In this document: positions 30,180-40,894 of the stretch, piece by piece
How the letters are laid out: every line of letters starts with the position of its first letter
Numbering within the stretch: the first letter of the stretch is position 1
Source of the DNA: Minisyncoccota bacterium
Lineage (GTDB): Bacteria > Patescibacteriota > Minisyncoccia > Phycocordibacterales > UBA12079
Assembly: GCA_023140255.1 (NCBI GenBank)
Contig: JAGLLX010000001.1
Span: 27,861 to 91,860 of the forward strand
Direction: 5' to 3'
DNA: 64,000 bases
Position numbers and translations under genes: made by a program
Notes under the pieces: model-generated
Told to the model about the DNA's origin: nothing
What the model saw: the letters and a program-made list of their open reading frames with translations, nothing else
Databases searched by the model: none

Positions 30180-31427
30180 TTATTCTCCCGCTAAAGTTCC
30201 AGAGAATACTTGTAACCCCCATAAAGAGAAATCTTTTTTATTAATAAAGATTAAATAATCATCTTTATCTGTAATTTGTAATTGAGTAGCGTCTATTCCC
30301 CACCCCTCAGAGTCTGTTAAAGAAACAATTTTAATTGGTTTATTTGTTTCAGTATTTATAGACCATATTTCATCAGAAAATAAGATATTTCCTTTATACC
30401 AATTTTCTAAACTATAATTATAGATTTTTTGAGAAGGAATACCACAATATAGATTCGGAGTATCTTTTCCCCAAACACATTTTTCAGGGAATGTTCTGAT
30501 AGGAAGATCTGTATTTGTTTCGCTTTCAAAATCATAAAGAGATAAAGTTAATCCAAGTTTTGTATTTTGAGAATACAAAATATCTAAATCTTCATTTAAG
30601 AGAGTAGAAAGATTTGTTCTTTTTCCTAAAATTTTACTAAATTTCTTAGTTATAGAATCATAGATGAATAAATATCCTAATATATTTTCTGTTGATTTTG
30701 TTGTGAAAGCTATTCTTCTATCATCTATATTATCTATTCCCCATTCTCTCAGTGGTGACGTGAATAATTGTTTTGGTTTTGTGTTTTCTATATCAGTAAG
30801 TATCACATCTGAATTAGAACCAGAATCTACTAAATAAAATAAATCATCATTAATATATGTAATGTTTTGTATATTATCTTGTAAATAAACTCCATCTAAG
30901 TCCATATTAGTGCTAGTAGCGTTAGATGTCAGAGTGGCTGAATAAGTTTTTATTACATCATTATCTAAATAATTAAAGAATAATGTATTTTCATCTAACC
31001 AAGTTGTTGTATTTATTTTAGGGATAGTTTTGTTTGAAATTCTTTCTAAAGTTAATGAATTTGTTTTAGTTTCATAAATATGTCCTGTCATTTTTTCCAT
31101 ATAACGGATAGTATAAAAATCATCTTTTTCTATAGTTTGTTTAAAAATAATTGCTCCTGCAACAGGGTTGTCTGATATTTTTCTTAAGATTGGTATTGGG
31201 TTATTTGGATCTTGGTTATTTAAATAATCAGGATTGTTTCCTAAATTACCCCAGTCGTTCCCTAAACTTATATTTTGAACTTCATCCACCGGAAAAGATC
31301 CTATATTATCTGAACTTTGGTCATTATTATTTTCTTTGTTAAAAAAAATAAAGTAACTAAAAATTCCTACTATAAGTAAAATTATAGTTACTGTAATTAT
31401 TATTTTTTTAATATTTTCATTTTGCAT
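30180..31427 (-). CDS. Membrane-anchored hypothetical (beta-rich) protein at the end of the T4SS-like cluster
   Basis: N-terminal TM, YMEKMTGHIY, TFPEKCVW..YCGIP. Confidence 0.65.
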   Translation of the reverse strand: MQNENIKKIIITVTIILLIVGIFSYFIFFNKENNNDQSSDNIGSFPVDEVQNISLGNDWGNLGNNPDYLNNQDPNNPIPILRKISDNPVAGAIIFKQTIEKDDFYTIRYMEKMTGHIYETKTNSLTLERISNKTIPKINTTTWLDENTLFFNYLDNDVIKTYSATLTSNATSTNMDLDGVYLQDNIQNITYINDDLFYLVDSGSNSDVILTDIENTKPKQLFTSPLREWGIDNIDDRRIAFTTKSTENILGYLFIYDSITKKFSKILGKRTNLSTLLNEDLDILYSQNTKLGLTLSLYDFESETNTDLPIRTFPEKCVWGKDTPNLYCGIPSQKIYNYSLENWYKGNILFSDEIWSINTETNKPIKIVSLTDSEGWGIDATQLQITDKDDYLIFINKKDFSLWGLQVFSGTLAGE

Positions 31428-31437
31428 TAATTTAATA

Positions 31438-32268
31438 TTAATTAGAAGGATTAGTTAACATCATTTGGGCATATTTAATAGCATTAATATAACTAATTTC
31501 TTCACTAGAAAGTAAATTTAAAGGAACTGTAATTCTATTAATTTCTATTGGAACATTACCTGTAGCTTTAATACTTAAAGGGGTTTTAATATTTATACTA
31601 CCAGTGTGTACTTTCCAAACAGGAATACCTAATTGACTAGCTAATTCTTCAGCTCTTGTGGAAGTGTTATAGTCTGATGAATTAGGGTCTGTAGATGCAT
31701 TGGTATTATTATTTTTAAGATCAAAATCATCCGTGTTGTTTGGGTTTTTGTAAGGGTTTGTCGGATCAGTATTTGTTTGATTATCTACATTTGGATTGTT
31801 TGTTGGGTTATCTTGTGGGTCTGGGGGAGGAGTAGTTCCTACAGGTGTTCCTCCTGGTTTATCTAAGTTAAGATTAAAATCTGTTAAACTAGTATTAATT
31901 GTTTTTAAGATTAAAAAGGCGGCTAAGGCGACTAGTAAACCTAACAAAGCATCTTGTATCTGTTTCTTAGCGTCATTTTTTGTATACATTGTTTCTGAAA
32001 TAATATATTTAAAACCTCCCATTACTATCATTAATACAGCTAAAACAGAAGCTAAACCTATCGCTAAATTAAATATATTTTTTAAATAATCTCCCAAAGC
32101 AGCATCACTAGTTACTTTAGTAGGACCACCAGGTAACGGTGTTAGTAATTCATATTCAGCAGCAGAATCAACAAGTAAAGGATTAACTGAAAAAACACCA
32201 AATAATACTATTATTATAATAAGTATTTTAGAAAAATTTAATATTTTTATTTTATTTTTTAAAATCAT
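31438..32268 (-). CDS. TrbC/VirB2-like pilin domain protein with Pro/Asn-rich tail
   Basis: YELLTPLP, LAIGLASVLAVLMIVMGGFKYI..AKKQIQDALLGLLVAL.AFLILKTIN pilin-like hairpin. Confidence 0.7.
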   Translation of the reverse strand: MILKNKIKILNFSKILIIIIVLFGVFSVNPLLVDSAAEYELLTPLPGGPTKVTSDAALGDYLKNIFNLAIGLASVLAVLMIVMGGFKYIISETMYTKNDAKKQIQDALLGLLVALAAFLILKTINTSLTDFNLNLDKPGGTPVGTTPPPDPQDNPTNNPNVDNQTNTDPTNPYKNPNNTDDFDLKNNNTNASTDPNSSDYNTSTRAEELASQLGIPVWKVHTGSINIKTPLSIKATGNVPIEINRITVPLNLLSSEEISYINAIKYAQMMLTNPSN

Positions 32269-32271
32269 ATT

Positions 32272-33270
32272 TTATTTAAAATTTAATTGAAAGTCATTTT
32301 CAGTAAATAATTGGAATTTTTTTATATCTGAAATTTTAAAAGATATAAAATAAGACTCTGTCCCCTCTCCCTCTCTACGTAGAGTAATATCTTCTTTGAA
32401 ATCATAAACTGGTTTATTGTTTACAAGCCATTCGTATTTAATATTATCTTTATTATATAATGAAAAATAGAAAGGATAAACTTTTATTTTTATTTCTTCA
32501 GAATATGTATTAGAGACAGGAAAGTATTTTAAATTTCTATTATTTAATATTCCTAATAAAGGGTGGTTTTCGTAGAAAATTACTTCTGGAATATTATTTC
32601 GTATTAAAATACTTTTTTTGTTTTTAATTATTCCGTCTAGAGTTGTTACTTCAACTGAAATCATATTATCTTTAAATAACCCAGGTCCTACAATAGAAAA
32701 AGAATCTTTTCCATAACCAGAATCACTATTGGATATTTTCCAATCTTTTTTCCATAAATAAATTAATTCTTTAGGGTCTATTTTAACACCATTATTATTT
32801 ATAAAATTAGGAATAGCCACTATTTTAACCGTAGATTCGTGGGTATTTAAAGCTTTTCCTTTATAGAAAGGAGGAGTAAATGTATCTGTTTCCCAAATTA
32901 AATCTAATTCAGTAGGAATAATCTTAAATGTTTTTATTAATTGACCTATATCTGAAGAAGTTACCTGAACACTTAGGTTTGTAGTTTCTCCAAAATTTTT
33001 AGTTCTAAAATTAAATTCTTTATTTCCTATTCCTTCTGATTTTAAAACTCCATCAATAAACCAAGAAATTTTTGCTTTATAAATATCAGTTATATATATT
33101 TCTGTTGTAACAGTAACGTTTTGGTAAGCTGAAGGAAATGCAGGGTTTAATTTAATGTTTATGTCTTGATTATTCATATCTAAATCAGCTTTAGATATTG
33201 AAAATAATCCTAATAATAAAATTATTATAAAAGATTTACATATTATTTTTTTAAGTTTTGAATTAAGCAT
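32272..33270 (-). CDS. Secreted hypothetical protein (Ig-like repeats)
   Basis: Signal peptide; WFIDG, DLIWETDTFTPPFYKGK, YEWLVN. Confidence 0.65.
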   Translation of the reverse strand: MLNSKLKKIICKSFIIILLLGLFSISKADLDMNNQDINIKLNPAFPSAYQNVTVTTEIYITDIYKAKISWFIDGVLKSEGIGNKEFNFRTKNFGETTNLSVQVTSSDIGQLIKTFKIIPTELDLIWETDTFTPPFYKGKALNTHESTVKIVAIPNFINNNGVKIDPKELIYLWKKDWKISNSDSGYGKDSFSIVGPGLFKDNMISVEVTTLDGIIKNKKSILIRNNIPEVIFYENHPLLGILNNRNLKYFPVSNTYSEEIKIKVYPFYFSLYNKDNIKYEWLVNNKPVYDFKEDITLRREGEGTESYFISFKISDIKKFQLFTENDFQLNFK

Positions 33271-33664
33271 TATTTTTTAAAGTTTTTGTAAGTAGTCCTC
33301 CTATTTTATCTTGATTTTCTCTTGATAATATTTCCTTTCTATCTAGTTCATCATCTACTCTAACAATTACATAAGTTAATACTATCATAATAGTTAATCC
33401 AGGGAAAAAACTAAAAGTAACCTCTATCATTGGTGTTATTGTCCAAAGTGCTAACATCCTTAACCCTCTATCAAGAAGACCTACTCCTTTTATTTTAAGC
33501 CATATCCAAAAAATAAGAAATGCTGGGATAGCTAATAAAGAAGATAATATCCAACCTAAAAAAGGGATAAGATCTAATAGAGCTTGAATTCCGTCAATAG
33601 TCATAGCTGTTAAAAGCATAAGAATGAAACTTATTTTACTTATTCTGTAATTATATTCTTCCAT
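33263..33664 (-). CDS. Hypothetical multi-TM protein
   Basis: DGIQALLDLIPFLGWI, FWIWLKIKGV; hydrophobic. Confidence 0.65.
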   Translation of the reverse strand: MEEYNYRISKISFILMLLTAMTIDGIQALLDLIPFLGWILSSLLAIPAFLIFWIWLKIKGVGLLDRGLRMLALWTITPMIEVTFSFFPGLTIMIVLTYVIVRVDDELDRKEILSRENQDKIGGLLTKTLKNNA

Positions 33665-33700
33665 AATTTTAAATAAAGATTATATATTTGTTTTATATAA

Positions 33701-35518
33701 TTATTTTTGTGCTTCTTCTAATTCTTTCTTTGCTTTTTTAATATTTAATATTTGTGAAGGATCAGAAGTAATAATTTGATCTTCTGTATATGAAGCAAAA
33801 ATTTGAATAGCAATATGCTTCATTCCCACAAAGAAGATGCCCTCTCCTACTTTTGATTCCAATAATAAATATTTTTCTTCATCCGTTAAATTAAATGTTT
33901 TTTGAACTAAATCAATACTTGTTGGGGATTGTTTTAAGAGTAATTGAATAGATGAGTTTGTGATAATCGGCATTCCATAAGGAGAAGATAAAAAGTCATT
34001 TACATCTTGAGTGACAGTTGATATCCCTAAATAATACTTTCGTCCTCTTTTAGCTAACCCAAATAAGAAAGAAGCTGTGTCTTCTGTTTTCATCATCCAC
34101 CAAGCTTCTTCAATTACCAATAATCTCTTTTTCAAATTCTTTCGGATAGCACTCCAAATATATTGAGTAATAATATACATTGCTACAGGTTTTAATTCAT
34201 CCTCCATATCTCGTAGAGAAAAGACAATAAATTTTCTTTCAATATCTACATTTGTTGGTTGATTAATAAATCCAGACCATGTTCCTTTTGTATATTTAGC
34301 TAGTTTTTGAAGAAGATTGTCTGTATTTTCCATTCCAGCTAAAACTAATTCAAAATCAGATAATAAAGGTGCGTCTATATTTGAAAAATCAGAATCAGGA
34401 GTAATATCTTTAAGAGCATAAGTTTCTGTAATAGCCCTGTCAATAATAGAGTCTTCCTCTGGGCTAAGCCCTCCAAACATTACCCTAAATAAACCAACTA
34501 AGTTAATGATATTAGAACGAAGAACATTTGCTTGAGACTCATCTTCTCTGGCTTGAGGTAAATCAAAAGGATTAATATGGTGTTCGGAAGTTAGAGAAAT
34601 ATTAAAATATCGTCCATCCATTGCTTCAGATAAATATTCATATTCTTTTTCTGGGTCAATAACCATTACATCAATATCAAACATTAATGAACGTAAAATT
34701 TCTAATTTAACAGCATAAGATTTTCCTGATCCTGATTTCGCAAAGGTAACTGAATTATAGTTTGGAAGTGAATATCTATCAAAAAGAATCAAACTAGAAT
34801 TATGACGGTTAATTCCATATAAAATACCTTTATCTGATGTTAAATCTGAAGAGATAAAAGGAAATATACTGGAAAGAGGGGCAGAATTTAATTTAGAAGA
34901 AACTCCTAAAAGGTTTTGGTTCAAAGGTAATGTACTTTTAAACCCTTGTTCTTGTTGAAATAATGAAGGGCGAATATAAATCATTTTTGATTCTAAAATT
35001 GAACGGATTTCATTTTCAGTTCTATCTAACTCTTCTTCTGAGTCTCCATAAATAGAAACATAAACACTAACATCAAATAATTTTTCTTGGGCTTGTTGAA
35101 GTTTATCTCTTAAACTTTCTAAATTTTGATAAGCTGAATCCAAAGCTGGGTCTCTTACCAACCCTTTATTCTCTCTCATTATAATTTGGCTTTGAACCTC
35201 AGCTACTTTTTTTTGGAATTTTCTTAAAACCTTAGATGTTTCTATAGGATGAATAAAAATAGAAACATTGAATTCTTTATCTAAATTTATAACAGGAGAA
35301 AACCAATTATCAGTTAAAAATTTCGGATAAGAAATAACAAAAAAAGTTCTAATAATTTTTTCTCCTAAATGAGTTTCTTTTGGAGTTATTTTTAAAGCAG
35401 AAGGAGCAATAATATCCTTTAGTTCTAAAACTCCTGCATCATAGATTTCTTGAGGTAAAATCGGATCTATTTGTAGTTCTTTTTCTTTTTTATTTAATAT
35501 TTTATTTAAAAAATTCAT
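33701..35518 (-). CDS. virB4: VirB4/TraC-like T4SS ATPase
   Basis: GILYGIN, AKSGSGKS (Walker A), IDPEKEY, INPFD, LLVIEEAW (Walker B), KRGRKY, TQDVNDF. Confidence 0.88.
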   Translation of the reverse strand: MNFLNKILNKKEKELQIDPILPQEIYDAGVLELKDIIAPSALKITPKETHLGEKIIRTFFVISYPKFLTDNWFSPVINLDKEFNVSIFIHPIETSKVLRKFQKKVAEVQSQIIMRENKGLVRDPALDSAYQNLESLRDKLQQAQEKLFDVSVYVSIYGDSEEELDRTENEIRSILESKMIYIRPSLFQQEQGFKSTLPLNQNLLGVSSKLNSAPLSSIFPFISSDLTSDKGILYGINRHNSSLILFDRYSLPNYNSVTFAKSGSGKSYAVKLEILRSLMFDIDVMVIDPEKEYEYLSEAMDGRYFNISLTSEHHINPFDLPQAREDESQANVLRSNIINLVGLFRVMFGGLSPEEDSIIDRAITETYALKDITPDSDFSNIDAPLLSDFELVLAGMENTDNLLQKLAKYTKGTWSGFINQPTNVDIERKFIVFSLRDMEDELKPVAMYIITQYIWSAIRKNLKKRLLVIEEAWWMMKTEDTASFLFGLAKRGRKYYLGISTVTQDVNDFLSSPYGMPIITNSSIQLLLKQSPTSIDLVQKTFNLTDEEKYLLLESKVGEGIFFVGMKHIAIQIFASYTEDQIITSDPSQILNIKKAKKELEEAQK

Positions 35519-35523
35519 ATTTT

Positions 35524-36171
35524 TTATGATAAATTAACAGGTTTCTCTGATTCACCAGGATTGAATAATTTATAAAGTAATTCAACCATCTCTTCTGTTC
35601 CTAGTTTTACTAAACGAACTCCTGTTCTTGTTAACCCACTTTTTATTATATTAGCTCTTTGTTCTAATTGTGTTCTATTTTCTTCAAATTCAATAGATTT
35701 ATCTTGTATAGAAATAGTTTTTTTTGAAATAAAAGGGTTTAAACTTTTTTTTGTATTCATTATTGGTGGGTTATAAGATATTATTACAAAAAAAGATTTT
35801 GTCATTATATTTGTTTTATTGGTAAAACTTTTTATAAAATTAATATATTCTTTAGTTTGAATTTTTATTAATTCATTTACTTGTTGTTTTTGTCTATCCT
35901 CCATCATTGTAACGTAAGGGCGAATATCTAATTTTTGAGATTGAATAAATATTTGAACTGGAAATTCAATAGAGTTAAGAAAATTCTGGAATTGTAATAT
36001 TATTGCTTGTTGCTCATCTGCTGACTTTAAAGCCAAGTTAATAGAAGATACCATTAATATAGTTGATAATGATCCGTCTTTTTGAATTATTACACCATCA
36101 CGAATTTCTTTTATTGTAACAAAGTCTTGTGTTTTTTTTGCATTTTTTGTATCCATAATAATATGATTCAA
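35524..36171 (-). CDS. T4SS-associated protein (TraC/VirB4 N-terminal-like)
   Basis: TQDFV.IKEIRDGVI, SINLALKSADEQ..FQNFLNS; lies between prgI and virB4. Confidence 0.7.
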   Translation of the reverse strand: MNHIIMDTKNAKKTQDFVTIKEIRDGVIIQKDGSLSTILMVSSINLALKSADEQQAIILQFQNFLNSIEFPVQIFIQSQKLDIRPYVTMMEDRQKQQVNELIKIQTKEYINFIKSFTNKTNIMTKSFFVIISYNPPIMNTKKSLNPFISKKTISIQDKSIEFEENRTQLEQRANIIKSGLTRTGVRLVKLGTEEMVELLYKLFNPGESEKPVNLS

Positions 36172-36254
36172 GATTCAAGATTTATGATTTAGGAGGAAAA
36201 TCGTTTTATGATTTTTTCATTTCTTAAATCCTAAATCTTAAATCTGAAAATTTT
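36166..36254. repeat. ~88-bp heptamer palindromic element, copy 2
   Basis: Reverse-complement homologue of 29521-29609. Confidence 0.7.
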
Positions 36255-36264
36255 TTAATTTTTA

Positions 36265-36660
36265 CTACTTATCTTTTATATCTAATTCCCAACTTATTTC
36301 TTTTAATTTACTATCTGATAAACGAGGAATATTTAATTGAGAAACTACATTTGTTTTTTCTACTTTCTCTTTTTTCTTTTTAGAATCTTTTTTCCATATA
36401 TATAATTTACTTGATGCCCAATATTTAAAAGCTGATTCTAAAAGATAAACAAAAGGTTTATTATTTTTTTTATAAAAAGCTAATGCTCCTGAAAAAATCA
36501 TTATTACTATTATTAAAATAATAGAGATGAATTTAGGTAATATTGTATAAAAAGTAAAAGAGATACCTGCTCCCCCGGCTAAATATATAAATTGTTTGAA
36601 AGTTAAAGGTCCAAATATTTTGTCTTCAACCTCAATAAATTGTGGTACTTGAAATTTCAT
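36265..36660 (-). CDS. prgI: PrgI-family (VirB3-like) protein
   Basis: MKFQVPQFIEVEDKIFGPLTFKQF + 2 TM. Confidence 0.88.
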   Translation of the reverse strand: MKFQVPQFIEVEDKIFGPLTFKQFIYLAGGAGISFTFYTILPKFISIILIIVIMIFSGALAFYKKNNKPFVYLLESAFKYWASSKLYIWKKDSKKKKEKVEKTNVVSQLNIPRLSDSKLKEISWELDIKDK

Positions 36661-36687
36661 TTTATAAAAATTGTTATAATAAATTTA

Positions 36688-37254
36688 TTATTCAATTGGT
36701 TCTCTATATGGGTCTATTGTATAACTTTTTTCATCTTTTTGCTTTTCTAAAACTGGGGATTGTTGATCCTTCTCTCTTGCTTCTGTCTTTTCTTGTTTTA
36801 ATGTTTTAATGTTTTCATGTTCTAGTGAATTTTTAGGTGTTTCAACTAAATCAGTAATTTCTTTTTGAGGATTTGATAATTCATTTAATAACTCTTCTCG
36901 CACTAAATCTTCATCTAAATCCTCAGCATCTTCATCAACTGTATTATGGATTTTCCTTAATGACTCTCTAATGTCTGCAAAAATAGTGTTATTAATTTCT
37001 TCTGCTAATTTTTTAGCTTTTTCAGAATTTAATTCAGTTACTGTTTGAACATTTTTAACAAAATTTGTTCTAGGTTTTAATCCAAGCATTATATAACCAA
37101 TTTCTTTAGTTAATTCTTCAGCTTCATCAAATTGGAGTTTATATTCATTAGCTAAAATTAAAAGTCTTTCATTAACTTTGTTAGATGAAATAGCTTCCCT
37201 AATATCTTCAGGAATACTTAAAAATTTTTCTTCTAGTTGTTTAAATGCGAACAT
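36688..37254 (-). CDS. Conserved hypothetical protein
   Basis: IPEDIREAI, IMLGL, IFADIRESL, C-terminal DPYREPIE. Confidence 0.7.
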   Translation of the reverse strand: MFAFKQLEEKFLSIPEDIREAISSNKVNERLLILANEYKLQFDEAEELTKEIGYIMLGLKPRTNFVKNVQTVTELNSEKAKKLAEEINNTIFADIRESLRKIHNTVDEDAEDLDEDLVREELLNELSNPQKEITDLVETPKNSLEHENIKTLKQEKTEAREKDQQSPVLEKQKDEKSYTIDPYREPIE

Positions 37255-37259
37255 AATAA

Positions 37260-39293
37260 TTATTTTTTATCCTTACTTGAATCTTTTGTTTTACTTTTAT
37301 CTTTAGTACTATCTTTAATTTTTGTAATTTTACCTTTAATTTTTTCTATTTCGTCTTCCATTTTTTCTATCTCATCTTTTTTGTCATTTATTCTATTTTT
37401 GTAATTCAGCACTTCCGATTCCTTTGATGACATCATTCCATTATCTATAGCCTTTTCGTAAGATACATAATCCTTATTGATATTTTCTAATTCTCTTTTC
37501 TCTCTTTTTAATTTATTTTTTGCGGTTTCCATTTCTCTTTCATGTTTAGGTAAATTAACTAATGCTTTAGCTGCGGCCACATCTCCTTCATGATTTCTGA
37601 ACATTGTAGTAAATATTGAAGCATTTCTACCTCTACTTTCTGTTTTATCTTTAAGACTTTGTCCATAAGCTTCAGTTCTAGAGATTTTATTTCCAGCTGA
37701 ATCAGTAATATCTCCCTTTAATGCTTGAGCAAATTTGATTTGAGATTTTCTTCTTTCGTCCACTTTTGTTTTATAACCACCTTTAATTCCCTCACCTACT
37801 CCTCCAGGAATTTTTCCTAAAGTAGCTTTGCCAACTTCAGTGTTTCTTGCATCAAAACTTGAATCGGCCACATTACGTAGTCCTTTCAGACCCATTTTAC
37901 CATACCATTTTGAAGCATGGTCAGAGTTTCCAAGATTCTCAGCTCCCTTACTAGCTAATGCCCCAACTGTATTTCTTCCTAATCTTCCTGCAGCTCCGAA
38001 AGTAGCAGCTCCAGCTCTTCCTTGTCCCCATTTTTGCACACCTTCTCCTATTTTTATTACACTACTAGCACCTTTTGCTCCAAGACTTTTAGCTGAAATT
38101 AAAGCCCCTACCATGAAAAAAGTAATTAATATAAAATTAAAAATTACTATCATAGAACCTCCTCCAGCAAATGCTTCTGCAAAATTATTATTTCCAGCAT
38201 CACCTAACGATTGACTGAATGCTGGGTCGTTTATCCCTTTAGCTACTATATAAACAAACATTAGGTAAATTGGAGCAAAAAAAGCCTGACTAAATAATTC
38301 ATTCCACCATTTTTTAGTTAGACCTCCTGTTTTAGGTAAAATCATTCCTATAAAAGCGAGGGGTGAGAGCATCATTAAAAACATCAAACTAACTATTCTA
38401 ACAACAAATAAAATAGCCGCAGCGAAAAATACAAAGGCAGTAATTAATAAAAAGATAGAACCAAATATAGCAATTGTGAAAATCTTTTTATTAGCATCTC
38501 CCTCTGCTAGTTTCCCATCATAAATGGTTTCTAAGTTTAGTGCTTGAGAAAAAGTAGCGGAAATTCCTTTATCCATCCTTGCAAAACCACTATCCATAAA
38601 TGAAAGATCTGAACTTGCTTTTTCTTGAGTTATAGCATTATAAAATCCAATACCGATGATATTAGAAGTATCAATTATTACACTAGTAAAAAATAAAGAA
38701 AAATTTATAAGTAAAGCAACTATAATAATATTTTTAAGAGAATTTTTAATATTATAACTAGAAAGACCTAAGATTGTTCCAATTGATATAAAAAGTAAAA
38801 GGAATATAAAAATCATATTAGAAAGGTCTCTAATAATACTCCACCCTATATTAACCATACCTAATTGATCTACTAAATTTTTAAAGTTAAGGGTGTATTC
38901 TAAAGAAATATTAAATAAAATCCCTGCTATAGCTAAAACTTGAGCACTTAATTTAAGTATAGTATTCCCTATAGAAGTAAGAGCTTTATCAATCCATGTG
39001 GATGGATTTAACATCGTTCCTAAATTAGATATTTGGGCAGCGAAAGTGTTTTGAGGGTCAACTTTTGTATAATCAGGCATTGGTGTAAATGAACCGTCTT
39101 CACCAACTTTATTACCATTATTAACATCTTGATTCCACCAATCAGCAAAACCAGATAAAAATGATCCATTATTTTCATCAGCCGCAAAAGTAGTACTATT
39201 AAAACCAACTGATCCTAAAAATATTAAGATAATTAAAAAAGAAAGAAAACCAGTTTTAAATATTAATTTATTTTTTTTAAAAATATTTAGCAT
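37260..39293 (-). CDS. VirB6/TrbL-like polytopic T4SS membrane protein
   Basis: GWSIIRDLSN, ALLINFSLFF...IID, RIVSL..MLSPLAF..LP..WW; Gly/Ala-rich then coiled-coil C-terminus. Confidence 0.75.
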   Translation of the reverse strand: MLNIFKKNKLIFKTGFLSFLIILIFLGSVGFNSTTFAADENNGSFLSGFADWWNQDVNNGNKVGEDGSFTPMPDYTKVDPQNTFAAQISNLGTMLNPSTWIDKALTSIGNTILKLSAQVLAIAGILFNISLEYTLNFKNLVDQLGMVNIGWSIIRDLSNMIFIFLLLFISIGTILGLSSYNIKNSLKNIIIVALLINFSLFFTSVIIDTSNIIGIGFYNAITQEKASSDLSFMDSGFARMDKGISATFSQALNLETIYDGKLAEGDANKKIFTIAIFGSIFLLITAFVFFAAAILFVVRIVSLMFLMMLSPLAFIGMILPKTGGLTKKWWNELFSQAFFAPIYLMFVYIVAKGINDPAFSQSLGDAGNNNFAEAFAGGGSMIVIFNFILITFFMVGALISAKSLGAKGASSVIKIGEGVQKWGQGRAGAATFGAAGRLGRNTVGALASKGAENLGNSDHASKWYGKMGLKGLRNVADSSFDARNTEVGKATLGKIPGGVGEGIKGGYKTKVDERRKSQIKFAQALKGDITDSAGNKISRTEAYGQSLKDKTESRGRNASIFTTMFRNHEGDVAAAKALVNLPKHEREMETAKNKLKREKRELENINKDYVSYEKAIDNGMMSSKESEVLNYKNRINDKKDEIEKMEDEIEKIKGKITKIKDSTKDKSKTKDSSKDKK

Positions 39294-39309
39294 TTATTTA
39301 TTAGAATAA

Positions 39310-40878
39310 TTATTCTCTTATAGTACAGGTATTAGAATCTTTACATAAAATACATTCGTCATATCTTTGTTGAATACCTTTATTAGTTTCAGGAATATAA
39401 TAATCATAATTAGATATGCGAGTATTTATTAATCTATTGATGTCATAACTAATTCCCATTGGTAATCCAGATGCTGAAGTACCATAACCATCCCTTTCTA
39501 TTTCTGCATCAGAAATTTCTATAAGACCGTGTACATAAGGTGCCAAAGTACCATATTTAACCATTATTTCATTTAATTGATTAGCAGTATTTGATAATAA
39601 AGTTTCGTCTTTAAATGTATTTAATACCAGAATAATTTCATCTGATTCTACGATATCATTATAGAGATTATTTTCTAATGTATATAGATCTATAGTAAAT
39701 GAGGGTTGAGTAAAGATAATTGGTTCTGTCAAAAGTTTATTAGCTAAATCAAGTTTATCTGTTTCGTGAGTTACAGTTAAGCAATCTATTAAATCAAGAA
39801 TTAAGTCTCTAGCTCCTAATATTAATCTGTAAGAATCATTTTTAATTTTGTTATATTCTACTTCAAAAGCCAAAGAATCATTTATTTTACTATTAATATT
39901 AGTTTTTATAGAACCTAGGCTTTGTGAATTGTCGTAAGAAGACATATCATTTTGTCCTAACAAACCAGTAGTACTCATTATACTCTTTACTAATTGCATG
40001 AATAATGCCCCTGCAACTTCATTAAATTCATCAGCAGTAACAAGAGAATCTTCAGTTAAACCTAAAGTATGATTTAATTTTGATTCAAGAACTGACCCAG
40101 GAGTTTTTATTTCACAATGTTCTACTTGGTTGCATTGACCGTCTTCACAATCTGCTCCATCCCACATCTCACAGTCTTCCCAAGATAAAAATCCTTCTCC
40201 CCAATTAGCTTGAGTTTTCATTTTTTCTGTTGCTGCAAAAATTTCATCTAATATTTCAGATTCAGCCTGTAAATAAGCTCCATAAGTATTGTTATTATCT
40301 TCAGTTGTCATTTCTATCCATGTTCCCCAACGAAAATCATTTTCTAAAGAAGTTAAAGCTCCTCCCGCATTATCTATAATATCAGATAAAGTACAACTAG
40401 GAGCATCACTTTCATAAAAGGTATTCCATAAAGCTAATTTAATATCAATACTAAAAGGATCGCATAAGAAAGCTAAGTCTGTTCCTTCAATATACTCTCC
40501 AATTACTTGGTCAGCAATATTAAATAACATATCCTCAAGATTTGTTACAAAAAGAGGTCCCTCAAAACCATTATTTATCCAATTTACTATTGAGGTTGTC
40601 ATCTGTCTAATAAGTAATTTAGCGGCGGTCCATGCTAAACCATCTAATACAAACTCTTTATTCTCAGTAGCCCAAGCTGCAGCTGAGGCAATCTTATCAA
40701 AACCTACTGAAATACCATTTTTTATCATATTTATAATACTTATTCCAGTATTTCCAGGGTCTGTAACTGTCGTAGCAGCATCAACTTTATTTGGTTGTGT
40801 AAATAATAAAGAAGGAACTAAAAATGAAGTAACTAAAAAAATTGAAATTATTTTTTTATATTTTTTATTGAAAAACAT
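39310..40878 (-). CDS. Secreted hypothetical protein of the T4SS-like cluster
   Basis: Signal peptide; KEFVLDGLAW, SIVNWINNGFEG, IKTPGS. Confidence 0.65.
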   Translation of the reverse strand: MFFNKKYKKIISIFLVTSFLVPSLLFTQPNKVDAATTVTDPGNTGISIINMIKNGISVGFDKIASAAAWATENKEFVLDGLAWTAAKLLIRQMTTSIVNWINNGFEGPLFVTNLEDMLFNIADQVIGEYIEGTDLAFLCDPFSIDIKLALWNTFYESDAPSCTLSDIIDNAGGALTSLENDFRWGTWIEMTTEDNNNTYGAYLQAESEILDEIFAATEKMKTQANWGEGFLSWEDCEMWDGADCEDGQCNQVEHCEIKTPGSVLESKLNHTLGLTEDSLVTADEFNEVAGALFMQLVKSIMSTTGLLGQNDMSSYDNSQSLGSIKTNINSKINDSLAFEVEYNKIKNDSYRLILGARDLILDLIDCLTVTHETDKLDLANKLLTEPIIFTQPSFTIDLYTLENNLYNDIVESDEIILVLNTFKDETLLSNTANQLNEIMVKYGTLAPYVHGLIEISDAEIERDGYGTSASGLPMGISYDINRLINTRISNYDYYIPETNKGIQQRYDECILCKDSNTCTIRE

Positions 40879-40894
40879 TATATTAATTATTTAA